This document shows, piece by piece, positions 48,479 through 58,220 of a stretch of 64,000 nucleotides of DNA. The translations under genes and the position numbers were made by a program. Source of the stretch: Cyanobacteria bacterium auto_48_18 (GTDB lineage Bacteria > Cyanobacteriota > Vampirovibrionia > Obscuribacterales > Obscuribacteraceae). The notes beneath the pieces are model-generated. The model did no database searches. It saw nothing but the letters and a program-made list of their open reading frames with translations, and was not told where the DNA came from. The stretch lies in assembly GCA_036170915.1 (NCBI GenBank), contig JAVHQC010000001.1:44972-108971 (forward strand). The letters are read 5' to 3'. Position 1 is the stretch's first letter, and each line of letters starts with the position of its first letter.

Positions 48479-48514
48479 CTGCTTACAGAAAAACTTCGAG
48501 TTTTTCTGTAAAGC
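48479..48514. repeat. Inverted repeat related to 47281-47325, copy 2
   Basis: ctgcttacagaaaaac-ttcga-gtttttctgtaaagc. Confidence 0.8.
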
Positions 48515-48533
48515 ACTTTTGCCGCCAAAAGAC

Positions 48534-49646
48534 CTACTCGCCCATCCAGATATCTTTCGGCAAATAGGCATCAATGGCTATAGCCAAATCTTGATCTGAC
48601 ATTTGGACAGCATCGAGATAACACGTTGCACCGATGAGTTTCGCAGCTAGTGGAGCAGTCGATTCAAGATGCGCATTTCGTGTTGATTGCCGCAGGCAGA
48701 TAAATGGTTTTGGTTTAAGTGATTTGTCTTGCTTGGTATGGCGAAGAAAGTCAAACATGCGCGATTCATCGAATTTTGTGCCGCAAACAATCATGTCAAA
48801 ATGGCCGTTATTGAGCGCATTCTTAGCCGCGGCCAGAGTGCTGACTTCGACTATTTCGTGATGCTGACCGAGCACTTTGAGCAGCCTGTCTGCGGTGTGT
48901 TCTTCGTCAGCAAGTAAGATTCGTGCTCTATTATGTTTTTCGCGGGGCAAGTGAATAATTGCTTCTTCCAGGCCCTGAGCCAGTAATCCGAAGCGTGCCG
49001 CTGTTTTAGCCGCAATGAAAACGCGCATAAAGCAAAGAACAGCGAACATATCACCAGAGGGAAGTAGGCCTCCAAACCCAATTACGGTGCGAATTTTCTG
49101 AGGTACAACAAATTCATCTTGAGCAACAATAGACGGATCATTCAAAGCTTCTGGTATGTACATGACGTGATAGCTTTTTTGTTTCGGATTCAAAAACAAT
49201 CCGGGGCTCGGCGTCACCACTTGTGCAATGTCGATGCCCAGACGCTTAATCAGCTGTGCCACCATTGGTGCCGCTTCAACAATTTTAGAACTGGTTAGGG
49301 GAATAACTTGATGGTTGCGCGATTGAAAGCGGTCGTTCCATTCTTTTTCACTACCGCGTGAAGCCAGTAAGGTCAGACAGTTAGTGTTAGGCGAAGGCTG
49401 CTCAGTGAGTATCTCATTGACGGTCTTTTTCAAGTGAGCAGTCAAGTCTTGATAAGGAATAGTGCGGAAAAATCTAATCAGCGCACAAGGGTCGTCTTCA
49501 CCCTCACTCAGCTGATTGTAGAGAAAGTTGACAGTATCTTGGGCGAGCGCCTCCGTGGTCGACGATTTGTCGCCAAGCTCAATCAATTTCAGAGCACAGG
49601 GTTCTAAAACGCCTGCCTGCTCGATCTTCTGCATCCGCAGTACCAT
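48534..49646 (-). CDS. GAF-like sensory domain fused to a pseudo-receiver domain
   Basis: CALIRFF..CLTLLA..WNDR..HQVIPL..PMVAQL..GFGGLLPSG, then RILLAD..FDMIVCGTKFDESRMFDFLR. Confidence 0.65.
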   Translation of the reverse strand: MVLRMQKIEQAGVLEPCALKLIELGDKSSTTEALAQDTVNFLYNQLSEGEDDPCALIRFFRTIPYQDLTAHLKKTVNEILTEQPSPNTNCLTLLASRGSEKEWNDRFQSRNHQVIPLTSSKIVEAAPMVAQLIKRLGIDIAQVVTPSPGLFLNPKQKSYHVMYIPEALNDPSIVAQDEFVVPQKIRTVIGFGGLLPSGDMFAVLCFMRVFIAAKTAARFGLLAQGLEEAIIHLPREKHNRARILLADEEHTADRLLKVLGQHHEIVEVSTLAAAKNALNNGHFDMIVCGTKFDESRMFDFLRHTKQDKSLKPKPFICLRQSTRNAHLESTAPLAAKLIGATCYLDAVQMSDQDLAIAIDAYLPKDIWMGE

Positions 49647-49739
49647 TTTTCAAGAGGTGATCTTTGCTAACTTTATCATGAACACTTGCGCTATGTGCAA
49701 TATTGTACATAGATCAGCAAGCTCAATGGGTGGCCAGCA

Positions 49740-50774
49740 ATGTGGGACAACATAATCTCGAAGCAATTGAAGCGCGGCAATACCAATGTGCTTGTCACAG
49801 GCATTTTTATGGCGCTTTTAAGTGTTTTGATGCTGGTTTTCACAGCGCGATCAAGCCTCAACGAAGTTCTTGGGCCGGTAACTATGACACCGGCCGAAGT
49901 TCTTGCCGTTAAAGATCCGAGTAAGCTTCTGCGTTATTACATCTGCACAAAAGGTTCCGCTGTTAGCCCAACCATTTGGCAAGACGGCTGGCTTAATACT
50001 GATCGCAAAACTGGTGCAAAAACGTTTACAGCCACCAGTGATATTCAGCTGCTGAAGCTGGATGACGGCTTGGTGCTAGTACGGCGTCACGTAAGCTCTC
50101 CCGACACAAGTATTGCCGGTGCACTGGTGAATGTTCCAAATGATCTGTCCGTTACGGTTGCACATATTAACGCCAGCGCATTGAGATCGAAATTTAGGCC
50201 CCTCTTGATTGATTCAACGCGTTTTAGCTGGGGAGGTCGCATTACCCTGGCCATTATGCTTCCGTTTCTGATCATGTCAGTGGTGTTCATCCGTAGAGCA
50301 ATCACGCGTTTGTCCGACAAGTTTCAAAATCCCAGCATTCTCGCTCTCAAGCGCTTTGGCGACCCTCGGTCAGTGCTTTCTGAAATTGAGCAAGAGCTCA
50401 GAGACACTGACAATGTCTATCGTGACTCGATGTTATGGCTCACTAAAAACTGGTTGATTACCACAAATTTGGCTGGTATTGAAATCAGAAACGTCAAAGA
50501 GTTGGTCTGGGTTTATCCGCAGACAACCGCTCATAGCGTTAACTTCATACCCACCGGCAATTCGTATGGTTTGCTAATTTGCGATAGTGCTGGAAAGTAC
50601 ACGCAAGTATCGCTTCCCTCGCAGCATTTTGGCACCATACTCGATGTCTTCAGTGCACGCGCTCCGTGGGCATTTTATGGCTATGATCTGAATTATAGAC
50701 AAATGTGGCAATCAAAAAAACGCGCTGAGATGATTGCACAAGTGGAAGAGCGCAGAGCGGCTATGGGGAAATAG
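49740..50774 (+). CDS. Hypothetical membrane protein (2 TM plus a PH-like C-terminal region)
   Basis: Two TM helices; LVWVY..T.HSVNFIPTG..Y, RAPWAFYGY. Confidence 0.7.
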   Translation: MWDNIISKQLKRGNTNVLVTGIFMALLSVLMLVFTARSSLNEVLGPVTMTPAEVLAVKDPSKLLRYYICTKGSAVSPTIWQDGWLNTDRKTGAKTFTATSDIQLLKLDDGLVLVRRHVSSPDTSIAGALVNVPNDLSVTVAHINASALRSKFRPLLIDSTRFSWGGRITLAIMLPFLIMSVVFIRRAITRLSDKFQNPSILALKRFGDPRSVLSEIEQELRDTDNVYRDSMLWLTKNWLITTNLAGIEIRNVKELVWVYPQTTAHSVNFIPTGNSYGLLICDSAGKYTQVSLPSQHFGTILDVFSARAPWAFYGYDLNYRQMWQSKKRAEMIAQVEERRAAMGK

Positions 50775-50787
50775 GTCAAAGGTCACT

Positions 50788-51321
50788 TCACCAGGTTCGT
50801 TTGTGCTTAAAAGCAGCCTCAGTCTGATTTAGGAGCGCTTTCCAATTATCGTCGCGTGGTTGAATTCCAATTTCTTCGATGGCAAATCTGATCACATCTT
50901 CGAGAGCTACTCGGCCGGTAGGCAAATGCTTATCAACTAAATAATGATTGGTTAGGTGCATGTCATCTCTAACATGAAGATGAGATTCAAAACTATCATT
51001 TTTGCGGCGGTGATAGTGCCAATCGATTACGCGCTCGTTCTTTGCGGGCTGCCAGATTATGTAAAAGTATTTGAGCGTCGTTACTTTAAAGTCATGACCA
51101 TCTAATATTTTGATTCGCTGATGAGCCTGAATTGCATAGCTCTCACGACCCTTTTTCATTTTGAGCATTGAAGATTTCGGATCACTACGATTGTGCGACA
51201 CAAGCACATATTCATCTGCGCTAACTGAATACGATGATGTCCAAGCATGTGTTACGCAATTGAGAATTGTCCCGAATTGCGTTTGAAGGTCAATCAGCGA
51301 CTGTTCGCGACTATTTGGCAT
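50788..51321 (-). CDS. Uncharacterised His-rich protein, putative toxin of a two-gene module
   Basis: YFY..IDWHYH..SHLHV..HLPTGRVALEDVIRF; overlaps the small upstream gene by 11 bp. Confidence 0.7.
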   Translation of the reverse strand: MPNSREQSLIDLQTQFGTILNCVTHAWTSSYSVSADEYVLVSHNRSDPKSSMLKMKKGRESYAIQAHQRIKILDGHDFKVTTLKYFYIIWQPAKNERVIDWHYHRRKNDSFESHLHVRDDMHLTNHYLVDKHLPTGRVALEDVIRFAIEEIGIQPRDDNWKALLNQTEAAFKHKRTW

Positions 51322-51511
51322 GCCCGGTCAAAGGAAGTAAAAAGATAAGTGAGTCGTAGTGAGGGTCGCTCTTAAACTCTTCTTTTCTCTCTAAGAATTC
51401 AGTTGCTGTGATATTCAGGCAATCTTTTACCGTGGCATCAAAAACTTCCCACGCCTCTTCCTTCGTGAGCTGATAACTTTTATCGTTTCTTGAATTAACT
51501 TCGAGAGCCAT
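51311..51511 (-). CDS. Small acidic protein, putative antitoxin
   Basis: 66 aa; LTKEEAWEVFDATVKDCLNITATEFLER; GGGA RBS upstream. Confidence 0.68.
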   Translation of the reverse strand: MALEVNSRNDKSYQLTKEEAWEVFDATVKDCLNITATEFLERKEEFKSDPHYDSLIFLLPLTGHAK

Positions 51512-51762
51512 ATTTTCCCGTTAAAACCTACAAAGCGGTCTGTGGTACCCACCAGCAGTGATGATTCCATTATTGTCTAACATGGCCCGCAAAGCAACAG
51601 AATTTCTTTGCTAAAACTAACATCTCACCTTGCCGCGATTCGTTTCCGAGTATATAGTCAAAATTTGCTTTCCGAGATTTTACCGCCAAGATAATAGACC
51701 AAGGCATTTGAACGGAACGGTGCTGTAAAGTGGCTTTGTTGTCTTGACTGTAACTTTGTTCC

Positions 51763-51802
51763 ACAACCCATAAGTTGTATTTTTCTACAACCTATAGGTT
51801 GA
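51763..51802. promoter_or_regulatory. Second copy of the tandem ACAAC-N6-GTTG operator-like element
   Basis: 32/40 identical to 29657-29696 with the same 24-bp period; TATAAT at 51829-51834. Confidence 0.65.
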
Positions 51803-51912
51803 AAAAGAGGGTCTAGGCAGCAAAAAGGTATAATGGTTACCTCGCCGAGAAGGCCCATAAACCGGCCCAAACCCCCTCGGGCCCACAAACAACACCACCA
51901 AACAGAGCAACA

Positions 51913-54063
51913 ATGACCGCGACCATCACCAATCGCGTCTCAAAACTAAAAACCAGAGAATCAGCCACTGAGCTCTTTCTCAAAAGCGAGCAATTACTTC
52001 GCTTTCGCATCGCCTTTGCTCTCGTCAGCCTCGTTCTATGTTTTGGTATCGGCAGCTTTGCCGGTTACGAATTTGATTTCCGCTCCACTGCCGCCATCAT
52101 TGGTGGTGTCAGCATATATTCGTTTATCGGCCTGGCTTTCATCGTCCGCAAACTTAAGTACTCAACCCGCGCACTGCGCGCATTCAACATGGGCCTCATC
52201 TCTTTAGATGTGGTTGCCCTCACAGGCTTAGTGCATTACACCCGCGGCCTTGAGTCAGACTTATATGTTCTCTACCTCCTCCCCATTCTTCTATCAAGCT
52301 ATACATTCAGCCGCCGCGGCATTTACTTCGCCGCATTGCTCGTCACTGTCGCTTACATCGGCCTCTTAGTTACAGAAAACGCCGAACTGCTTCCATACAT
52401 ATTTAATCGCGACGACGACAAAGGTTTAGCCGCAGCTTACTCAGGCAAATTATGGCGACGCATTTTAGGACGCGCTTTCTTCTTCGCATCAGTCGCCATG
52501 CTCTGGGCCCGCTTCTGTGATTACATGAGCCGTGTTGCCAGGCAAGGTGCCGAGCGCCTGTTAGAACAACTCGATGCCAACGAGCGACTTATCAGTGACA
52601 GCGACGAACGCGCTAAACGCGAACGGCTAATCAACTCAATCAACAAAGGTGTGCGCAGCACGCTTGAAGTCGACAAGATTTTCGAAACAGCTGTAGTTCA
52701 ATTGGCCCAAGCTGTACAAACAGATCTGGTGGCATTAATATGTCCGACTCCTGGTCAAGCCGGTTCGCTGGTGCCACCAACGGTTGTTGAAGAAGCAAGA
52801 GAACACGGTGCTAAGCGTTATCTAAACGATAACTGCGCTCATTTCATTCTCGATTACAAAGCGCGTTACGAGCGTAACAGCGGTGGTGCCAAAGTCAAAA
52901 CTTTTGTCTACAACAATCCGGCTGAGAACAAATTTTTCGCACCAATCGAAGCCGAACTCAAAGAACTAAATTTTGGCACTTTAGTTATTCAACCAATGAT
53001 GTACGGCGAAGAAAGCCGCGGAGTCTTCATTCTCGCCGACAAATCTCCCGACCGCGCATTTAGCGAATCAGATTTAGTCTTAACCAAAGTGGTTGCCGGT
53101 CAAGTTGCCATCGCAATTGAGCACGCCAATTTAGTCGGTCAGCTCTCACGCAAAAACAAAGATCTGGTCACTAAAAACCTCAATCTTGATAGCAAAAACA
53201 TCGAACTAAAAACAGTGCAGTCGCAACTTATTCACCAGGAAAAAATGGCGTCGCTAGGTCGACTTGTAGCCGGCATCGCTCACGAACTAAATAATCCCAT
53301 CAACTTTGTGCACGGCAATTTGCCTTACCTCAAACAATATGTTGAAGAACTAAAAAAGGTCATAACCAAAGTTGCCGAACTTCCTGAAGAGCAGCGCAAA
53401 CCCGTCGACGATCTCAAAAACAAACTCAAATATGATTTTTTAGTCGAAGACCTCGACAATATCATCGCCGATTTAAATGAGGGAGCCGAGCGCATTCGCC
53501 ACATCATTCGCGACCTCAAAAGTTTCAGCCGCCTCGACGAAGCCGAACTTAAAGAAGCCTCCATTCAAGAAGGCCTCGAGTCCACCATGAAAATTCTTTC
53601 GCAATATTATGGTCGCGACAAAATTCCGGTGGAGGCCGATTACGCGGCCATTCCCCATGTACTTTGCTACCCTGGCCAGCTCAATCAAGTCTGGATGAAC
53701 CTGTTAAGCAACGCCGCCCAGGCCATGAATACCGCCGCAGAATCCCTGCCGCCGGGCACGCCCACTCCTGCCCTGAAAATCAAGACCGAACTCACCGACG
53801 AGAGCGTTTTGGTATCGATAATTGACTGCGGGGCTGGTATTAAACAGGAGGTTCAGAGTAAAATCTTTGATCCTTTCTTCACTACGAAGGCCGTGGGCCA
53901 GGGAACGGGGTTAGGTCTGTCTATCTGTCACTCGATTATCGAGCGACATGGCGGTCAGATCTGGTTTGAAAGCGTGATGGGCAAAGGCACAACTTTCTAT
54001 GTGCGCCTGCCGCTCAAAGCCACAGCCAGACCAGAGCCGGCAATGGTCAGTGAGCCAGATTAA
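51913..54063 (+). CDS. Membrane sensor histidine kinase with a GAF domain
   Basis: N-terminal TMs, GAF (VAGQVAIAIEHA), H-box EKMASLGRLVAGIAHELNNP, QVWMNLLSNA, FDPFFTTK, GTGLGL. Confidence 0.95.
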   Translation: MTATITNRVSKLKTRESATELFLKSEQLLRFRIAFALVSLVLCFGIGSFAGYEFDFRSTAAIIGGVSIYSFIGLAFIVRKLKYSTRALRAFNMGLISLDVVALTGLVHYTRGLESDLYVLYLLPILLSSYTFSRRGIYFAALLVTVAYIGLLVTENAELLPYIFNRDDDKGLAAAYSGKLWRRILGRAFFFASVAMLWARFCDYMSRVARQGAERLLEQLDANERLISDSDERAKRERLINSINKGVRSTLEVDKIFETAVVQLAQAVQTDLVALICPTPGQAGSLVPPTVVEEAREHGAKRYLNDNCAHFILDYKARYERNSGGAKVKTFVYNNPAENKFFAPIEAELKELNFGTLVIQPMMYGEESRGVFILADKSPDRAFSESDLVLTKVVAGQVAIAIEHANLVGQLSRKNKDLVTKNLNLDSKNIELKTVQSQLIHQEKMASLGRLVAGIAHELNNPINFVHGNLPYLKQYVEELKKVITKVAELPEEQRKPVDDLKNKLKYDFLVEDLDNIIADLNEGAERIRHIIRDLKSFSRLDEAELKEASIQEGLESTMKILSQYYGRDKIPVEADYAAIPHVLCYPGQLNQVWMNLLSNAAQAMNTAAESLPPGTPTPALKIKTELTDESVLVSIIDCGAGIKQEVQSKIFDPFFTTKAVGQGTGLGLSICHSIIERHGGQIWFESVMGKGTTFYVRLPLKATARPEPAMVSEPD

Positions 54064-54084
54064 GGCTGAGCGAGCCAGATTAAG
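54052..54084. repeat. Direct repeat gagccagattaag (20-bp period) containing the kinase stop codon
   Basis: Copies at 54052-54064 and 54072-54084. Confidence 0.75.
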
Positions 54085-54146
54085 ACCGACCGACCCAGCG
54101 CAAAGTACAAGAAAGCCTGGCAAGAAAGGCCACAAGGGGATACAAG

Positions 54147-55277
54147 ATGCGGCGCCACAAAATATTAGTAGTGGATGATGAGATACCCAATCTCCGCTTA
54201 TTGAGGCGCGTACTTTCAGACGAACACGACATCATCGAGGCTCAAGGCGGCGCCGAAGCCATCGAAGTGCTGAAGAACGACTATATCAGCCTGATCATCA
54301 CCGACCAGCGCATGCCCAGCATGACCGGAGTACAGCTGCTCGAGCACAGTATCGCCATCTGTCCGAACACAATCAAAATTTTGCTGACCGGATACACCGA
54401 CGTGCAAGCGCTCGTAGACGCCATCAACGAAGGCAGCGTCTACAAATATATTGCCAAACCGTGGGACGCCGACGAGCTCAAGCTGACAGTGCGCCGCGCT
54501 TTAGAGGCATTCGAGCTCAAAGAAACTAATGACCAGCTGCTCTCAGAGTTGCAAATCGCCATCGCCGAACTCGAGTCTGTGTCAGTGGGAACGATTAGAG
54601 CTTTAGCCGACGCACTCGACGCCAAATGCGATTACACCGCAGGCCATTCGCTAAGAGTCAGTCGCATAGCCGTTTTAATCGGCCGCCAGATGAAATTGTC
54701 AGACTCTGAACTGCGCGACATCGAGCTGGGCGGCATTTTGCACGACATCGGCAAAATTGGCGTGCCCGAATCAATCTTGTGGAAAGCCGACAAGCTCACC
54801 CCCGAAGAACGCGAAATCATGTGCAAGCACCCGGTCAAGTCAGCCGAGATTATTGGCGACCTGCGCGGCCTGGTGCGAGCCCGCGAATACGTCAAACACC
54901 ACCACGAATATTTCAACGGCGAAGGCTACCCTGACGGCCTGGCCGGCGAAGACATTCCCATTGGCGCCCGCATCATCATGGTCTCAGACGCCTACGACGC
55001 CATGACCACCGACCGCCCATACCGCAAATCAATTGGGCACGACAAAGCCATGGCCGAACTGACAAAGATGACCGGCGCACAATTCGACCCCAAAGTTGTC
55101 GAAGCTCTCTTCGCCATCATCGGCCCCGGCGGCCACGAACTTGATCGCGTCATCAGCGAACAGTTCCCCGACAGCTTTATCGGATTGACTCTGCCAGGAG
55201 CAAATCCATCGAAGAGCGGTAAACGTTTTCAGGACGAAGTCGAACGCCAAGCCCGTCTAGCAGCGACCGACGTGTAG
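54147..55277 (+). CDS. Response regulator with an HD-GYP domain (cyclic dinucleotide phosphodiesterase)
   Basis: ILVVDD, ITDQRMP, LTG, KPW; HSLRV, LHDIGK, HHEYFNGEGYP, RPY. Confidence 0.95.
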   Translation: MRRHKILVVDDEIPNLRLLRRVLSDEHDIIEAQGGAEAIEVLKNDYISLIITDQRMPSMTGVQLLEHSIAICPNTIKILLTGYTDVQALVDAINEGSVYKYIAKPWDADELKLTVRRALEAFELKETNDQLLSELQIAIAELESVSVGTIRALADALDAKCDYTAGHSLRVSRIAVLIGRQMKLSDSELRDIELGGILHDIGKIGVPESILWKADKLTPEEREIMCKHPVKSAEIIGDLRGLVRAREYVKHHHEYFNGEGYPDGLAGEDIPIGARIIMVSDAYDAMTTDRPYRKSIGHDKAMAELTKMTGAQFDPKVVEALFAIIGPGGHELDRVISEQFPDSFIGLTLPGANPSKSGKRFQDEVERQARLAATDV

Positions 55278-56322
55278 CACTGGGGCCGGTATCTTCAGGT
55301 CTGTCGGCCAGCACTTTAAAGTTTGGCTGGTTGGGAATAAGTTTGGCAGGATCGGTGGGCCCAAACAAAGCGACAATACTCTTATTGAGACCCACGCCAA
55401 TGTGCATGGGTGCTGAATCTACGCAGACGAGCAAATCGCACAAACTGGTGAGCGCCGCTAAGTCGGCGAGGCCTTTAGTTTTGCCGACTGCACTTATATA
55501 TGGTTTTTGATCGCCGCTTTTAGCCATGGCTGCTTCGAGCCCGGCCACTACGTCTTTATCGTCTGGCCCACCAGCAAGTACAACCCGTGTTTGAAATGGC
55601 GCATCTTTTTGATTTTGCAAAAGTTGAATATAAGCAAGCCAGTTCTCACTCGACCAGTGCTTGATGATGCCCTTGCGCACTGCCATTTGAGATGTTCCGG
55701 GATGCACCAAAATCGTCTTCACCGGCCTGGTATCACCAGCAGTGGCGGTACTTTTCAGACCTTCCTCTAAAAATTCTTGCATAGAAGCGAGCGAATCTGG
55801 CTTAAGAGCTATCTTTGGCACTTGATAAGGTGAATCTTCTTCTCTTATAGATGCTTTAGCATCAGCCTTGCGGCGTAAATAATTCGCCATTCCTTTAGTA
55901 AGGTCATGATACATATCTGCCGCATATTGATCGCGCAAAAGCTTGACTGGGTGCGTGAGCAAACCTTTCCATGGGCCACCTGCGTCGTAACCGACACGCA
56001 GGGGAATGCCTGATAAAAATAAAAGCATTGCCACCATGGGTGAAGACCCAGATGAAATAACCATGTCATAGCCGCCCCTGCGAAGCAGCATGGCCAGCTG
56101 ATAAAGGTCGATGGGGGTAAGCGGCCTTTTTTTAATATCAAAGGTAATTACCTTGTCAATTAAGTCAGTAACTTCGGCCACAGACTTTGACCGCGGCTCG
56201 ACCAAAAGCGTCAACTCGCAGTCAGGAGCCAGTCTTTTGACCGTGGCCAGCGTTGGTAAAAAGAGAACCTCGTCTCCAATTCCCCCAAAATTTATAGCGA
56301 GCACTTTGCTCGGACCGCTCAT
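55177..56322 (-). CDS. Glycosyltransferase family 9 (heptosyltransferase-like)
   Basis: GGIGDEVLFLPTL, LVHPG, CVDSAPMHIGVGL, ALFGPTDP; start at ATG 56322. Confidence 0.88.
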   Translation of the reverse strand: MSGPSKVLAINFGGIGDEVLFLPTLATVKRLAPDCELTLLVEPRSKSVAEVTDLIDKVITFDIKKRPLTPIDLYQLAMLLRRGGYDMVISSGSSPMVAMLLFLSGIPLRVGYDAGGPWKGLLTHPVKLLRDQYAADMYHDLTKGMANYLRRKADAKASIREEDSPYQVPKIALKPDSLASMQEFLEEGLKSTATAGDTRPVKTILVHPGTSQMAVRKGIIKHWSSENWLAYIQLLQNQKDAPFQTRVVLAGGPDDKDVVAGLEAAMAKSGDQKPYISAVGKTKGLADLAALTSLCDLLVCVDSAPMHIGVGLNKSIVALFGPTDPAKLIPNQPNFKVLADRPEDTGPSATRRSLLDGLGVRLRPENVYRSSMDLLLAESIR

Positions 56323-56407
56323 CGAATTAGGTTTCCCGTTGTGAATCTCATGAACAAAAAATGCCAGCACGTATAATAACCAAGTTTGCAGGCATCCTCA
56401 GGTTAGA

Positions 56408-57691
56408 TTGAAACCAAGCTACTGGCTATTTATTTTTATCTTCTGTGCCATAGCTGGCGTTGGCGTGGGCTATTTTGCCATGCTCGTCAAAAGCCCGCAG
56501 ATGTTGCCGCCGGCCCTGCGCATCGCCAGCCTGCGTGAACCCACAACAGTGCTGCTTCTCGGAGTCGACGTGGTCTACACTGACATGGGCCGCCGTAAAC
56601 AAAAGATAGATAAAGACGCTTTCACCGGCCGCTCAGACACCATTCTTGTGGCCCGTCTCGACCCCATCAGCAACTCGCTTAGAGTAATTTCAATTCCGCG
56701 CGACACCGAAGTGCGCATACCCGGCACCGGCCTCTCCAAAATCAACGCCGCCAACGCCATCGGCGGCATAAACCTGGCGCGGGAGACCGTTAGCGGCTTT
56801 TTGAACGACACCAAAATCGATCATTACGTGGTTTTAAACGTGCACGGTTTAGTCGACCTGGTGAACGAACTGGGCGGAATCACCGTCGAAGTTCCCAAGA
56901 AGATGCAATATATGGACTGGACAGCCAAGCTCAAAATCGACCTCGAGCCCGGCATGCACACCTTAACGGGAAATCAGGCAATGGGATTCGTGCGCTTCCG
57001 CCACGACGCCCTGGGCGATATCGGCCGCGTGCAAAGACAATCAATCTTCTTACGTGCAGTGCTGGACAAAGCGCTCAAACCCGAGTCTCTGGCGCATTTA
57101 CCCAAGCTCATGGAAATCGCCCAACAATATATAAGTACAGACATGTCGGTTCAAGACATGATGGGAATGGCCAACTTTGCGCGCGGCGTGCCAAAGTCTA
57201 ACCAGGTCTTAACAATGATGCCCGGGACCTTCTCGCCTAATGGTGACTGGGTGGTGGCAGCGTCTGATACACGCAGAATGGTGGCACGCTTGATGGGTGC
57301 AAACTTCGTCGAATCATCAAAAGACGACATTCGCATATCAGTCGAAAACTCAAGCTCCACCGAGGGTATGGGCTTTAAGGTGGCTAAACTTTTAGCCCTG
57401 CGCGGCTACAAAAATGTCAGCGTACAAAAAGCAAATTTAGAATTTGAAGACGGAGTTAAGCGCACGCGAATCATCGCTCAGAAAGCCAATCCGGAAGACG
57501 CCAGTTTGATTCGAACAGATTTGGGGAGTATAGGCGATATCGTCAATGCATCTGTTGGTAATATCGAAAGCTCGGTTACTGTCATAGTCGGCAATGATCT
57601 GGCCCAAAAGATATCAGAACAAGAAGCTGCAGTGACGACACCGGAAGTGGCTCCTAGAGACGCTTCTCATCACCGTATGACACGGCGCTAA
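56408..57691 (+). CDS. LCP (LytR-CpsA-Psr) family protein with a C-terminal LytR_C-like domain
   Basis: LLLGVD, GRSDTI, SIPRDT, KINAA, FVRFRHDALGDIGRVQRQ. Confidence 0.93.
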   Translation: MKPSYWLFIFIFCAIAGVGVGYFAMLVKSPQMLPPALRIASLREPTTVLLLGVDVVYTDMGRRKQKIDKDAFTGRSDTILVARLDPISNSLRVISIPRDTEVRIPGTGLSKINAANAIGGINLARETVSGFLNDTKIDHYVVLNVHGLVDLVNELGGITVEVPKKMQYMDWTAKLKIDLEPGMHTLTGNQAMGFVRFRHDALGDIGRVQRQSIFLRAVLDKALKPESLAHLPKLMEIAQQYISTDMSVQDMMGMANFARGVPKSNQVLTMMPGTFSPNGDWVVAASDTRRMVARLMGANFVESSKDDIRISVENSSSTEGMGFKVAKLLALRGYKNVSVQKANLEFEDGVKRTRIIAQKANPEDASLIRTDLGSIGDIVNASVGNIESSVTVIVGNDLAQKISEQEAAVTTPEVAPRDASHHRMTRR

Positions 57692-57879
57692 GATCAATTG
57701 TTCAGAGAATGTTATGTTTCTCTTTGAAACAAGCGGGCGCACTTAGTATGTCATGATGTACATTTGAGTGAAACGCACTTACACTCGGATCGAAGAGAAC
57801 ATTGCAGTGTTCTCACAGAACAATGGTTCGTTGGTTATATCTCTCCAGGCATCTAACTGATTTTAGAAAGGCAGGCGGC

Positions 57880-58119
57880 ATGATTCATTACGTTTATTCA
57901 ACTCGCGGTGGCTATCTCTACCTTGTTGGCAAACACTCACAAGAGCCTAAAGTAGAGGAAGTAACCGACTTCGTTCTCTCAGTTCCAGACAAGACCTCAC
58001 AAACCCAAATCGACACACTGGCTCACAAACGCTTTATGGACCATCTCAGACGCCCACGCAAAGTTGCGCACGATCGTCACGAGACCAAGACCGTTGTGAA
58101 AGAGCTCGTTACTGTTTAA
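57880..58119 (+). CDS. Small hypothetical protein
   Basis: 79-aa ORF from ATG 57880 with a purine-rich upstream region and a terminator downstream. Confidence 0.55.
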   Translation: MIHYVYSTRGGYLYLVGKHSQEPKVEEVTDFVLSVPDKTSQTQIDTLAHKRFMDHLRRPRKVAHDRHETKTVVKELVTV

Positions 58120-58187
58120 GCACTCGGCCATTAGATTGACTCTCTTAAAAGGAGAATGTCGGTAGGCGATGTTGATGAACTTTTGTT

Positions 58188-58220
58188 AAGCCGCCAGAGC
58201 GTAATGCTCCGGCGGTTTTT
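58188..58220 (+). terminator. Rho-independent terminator
   Basis: aagccgccagagc-gtaat-gctccggcggttttt. Confidence 0.7.

Noticed and set aside
51852..51890. ggccca x3 in the kinase 5' region
   Set aside because: Short and irregularly spaced; compatible with chance or the micro-duplication tendency.
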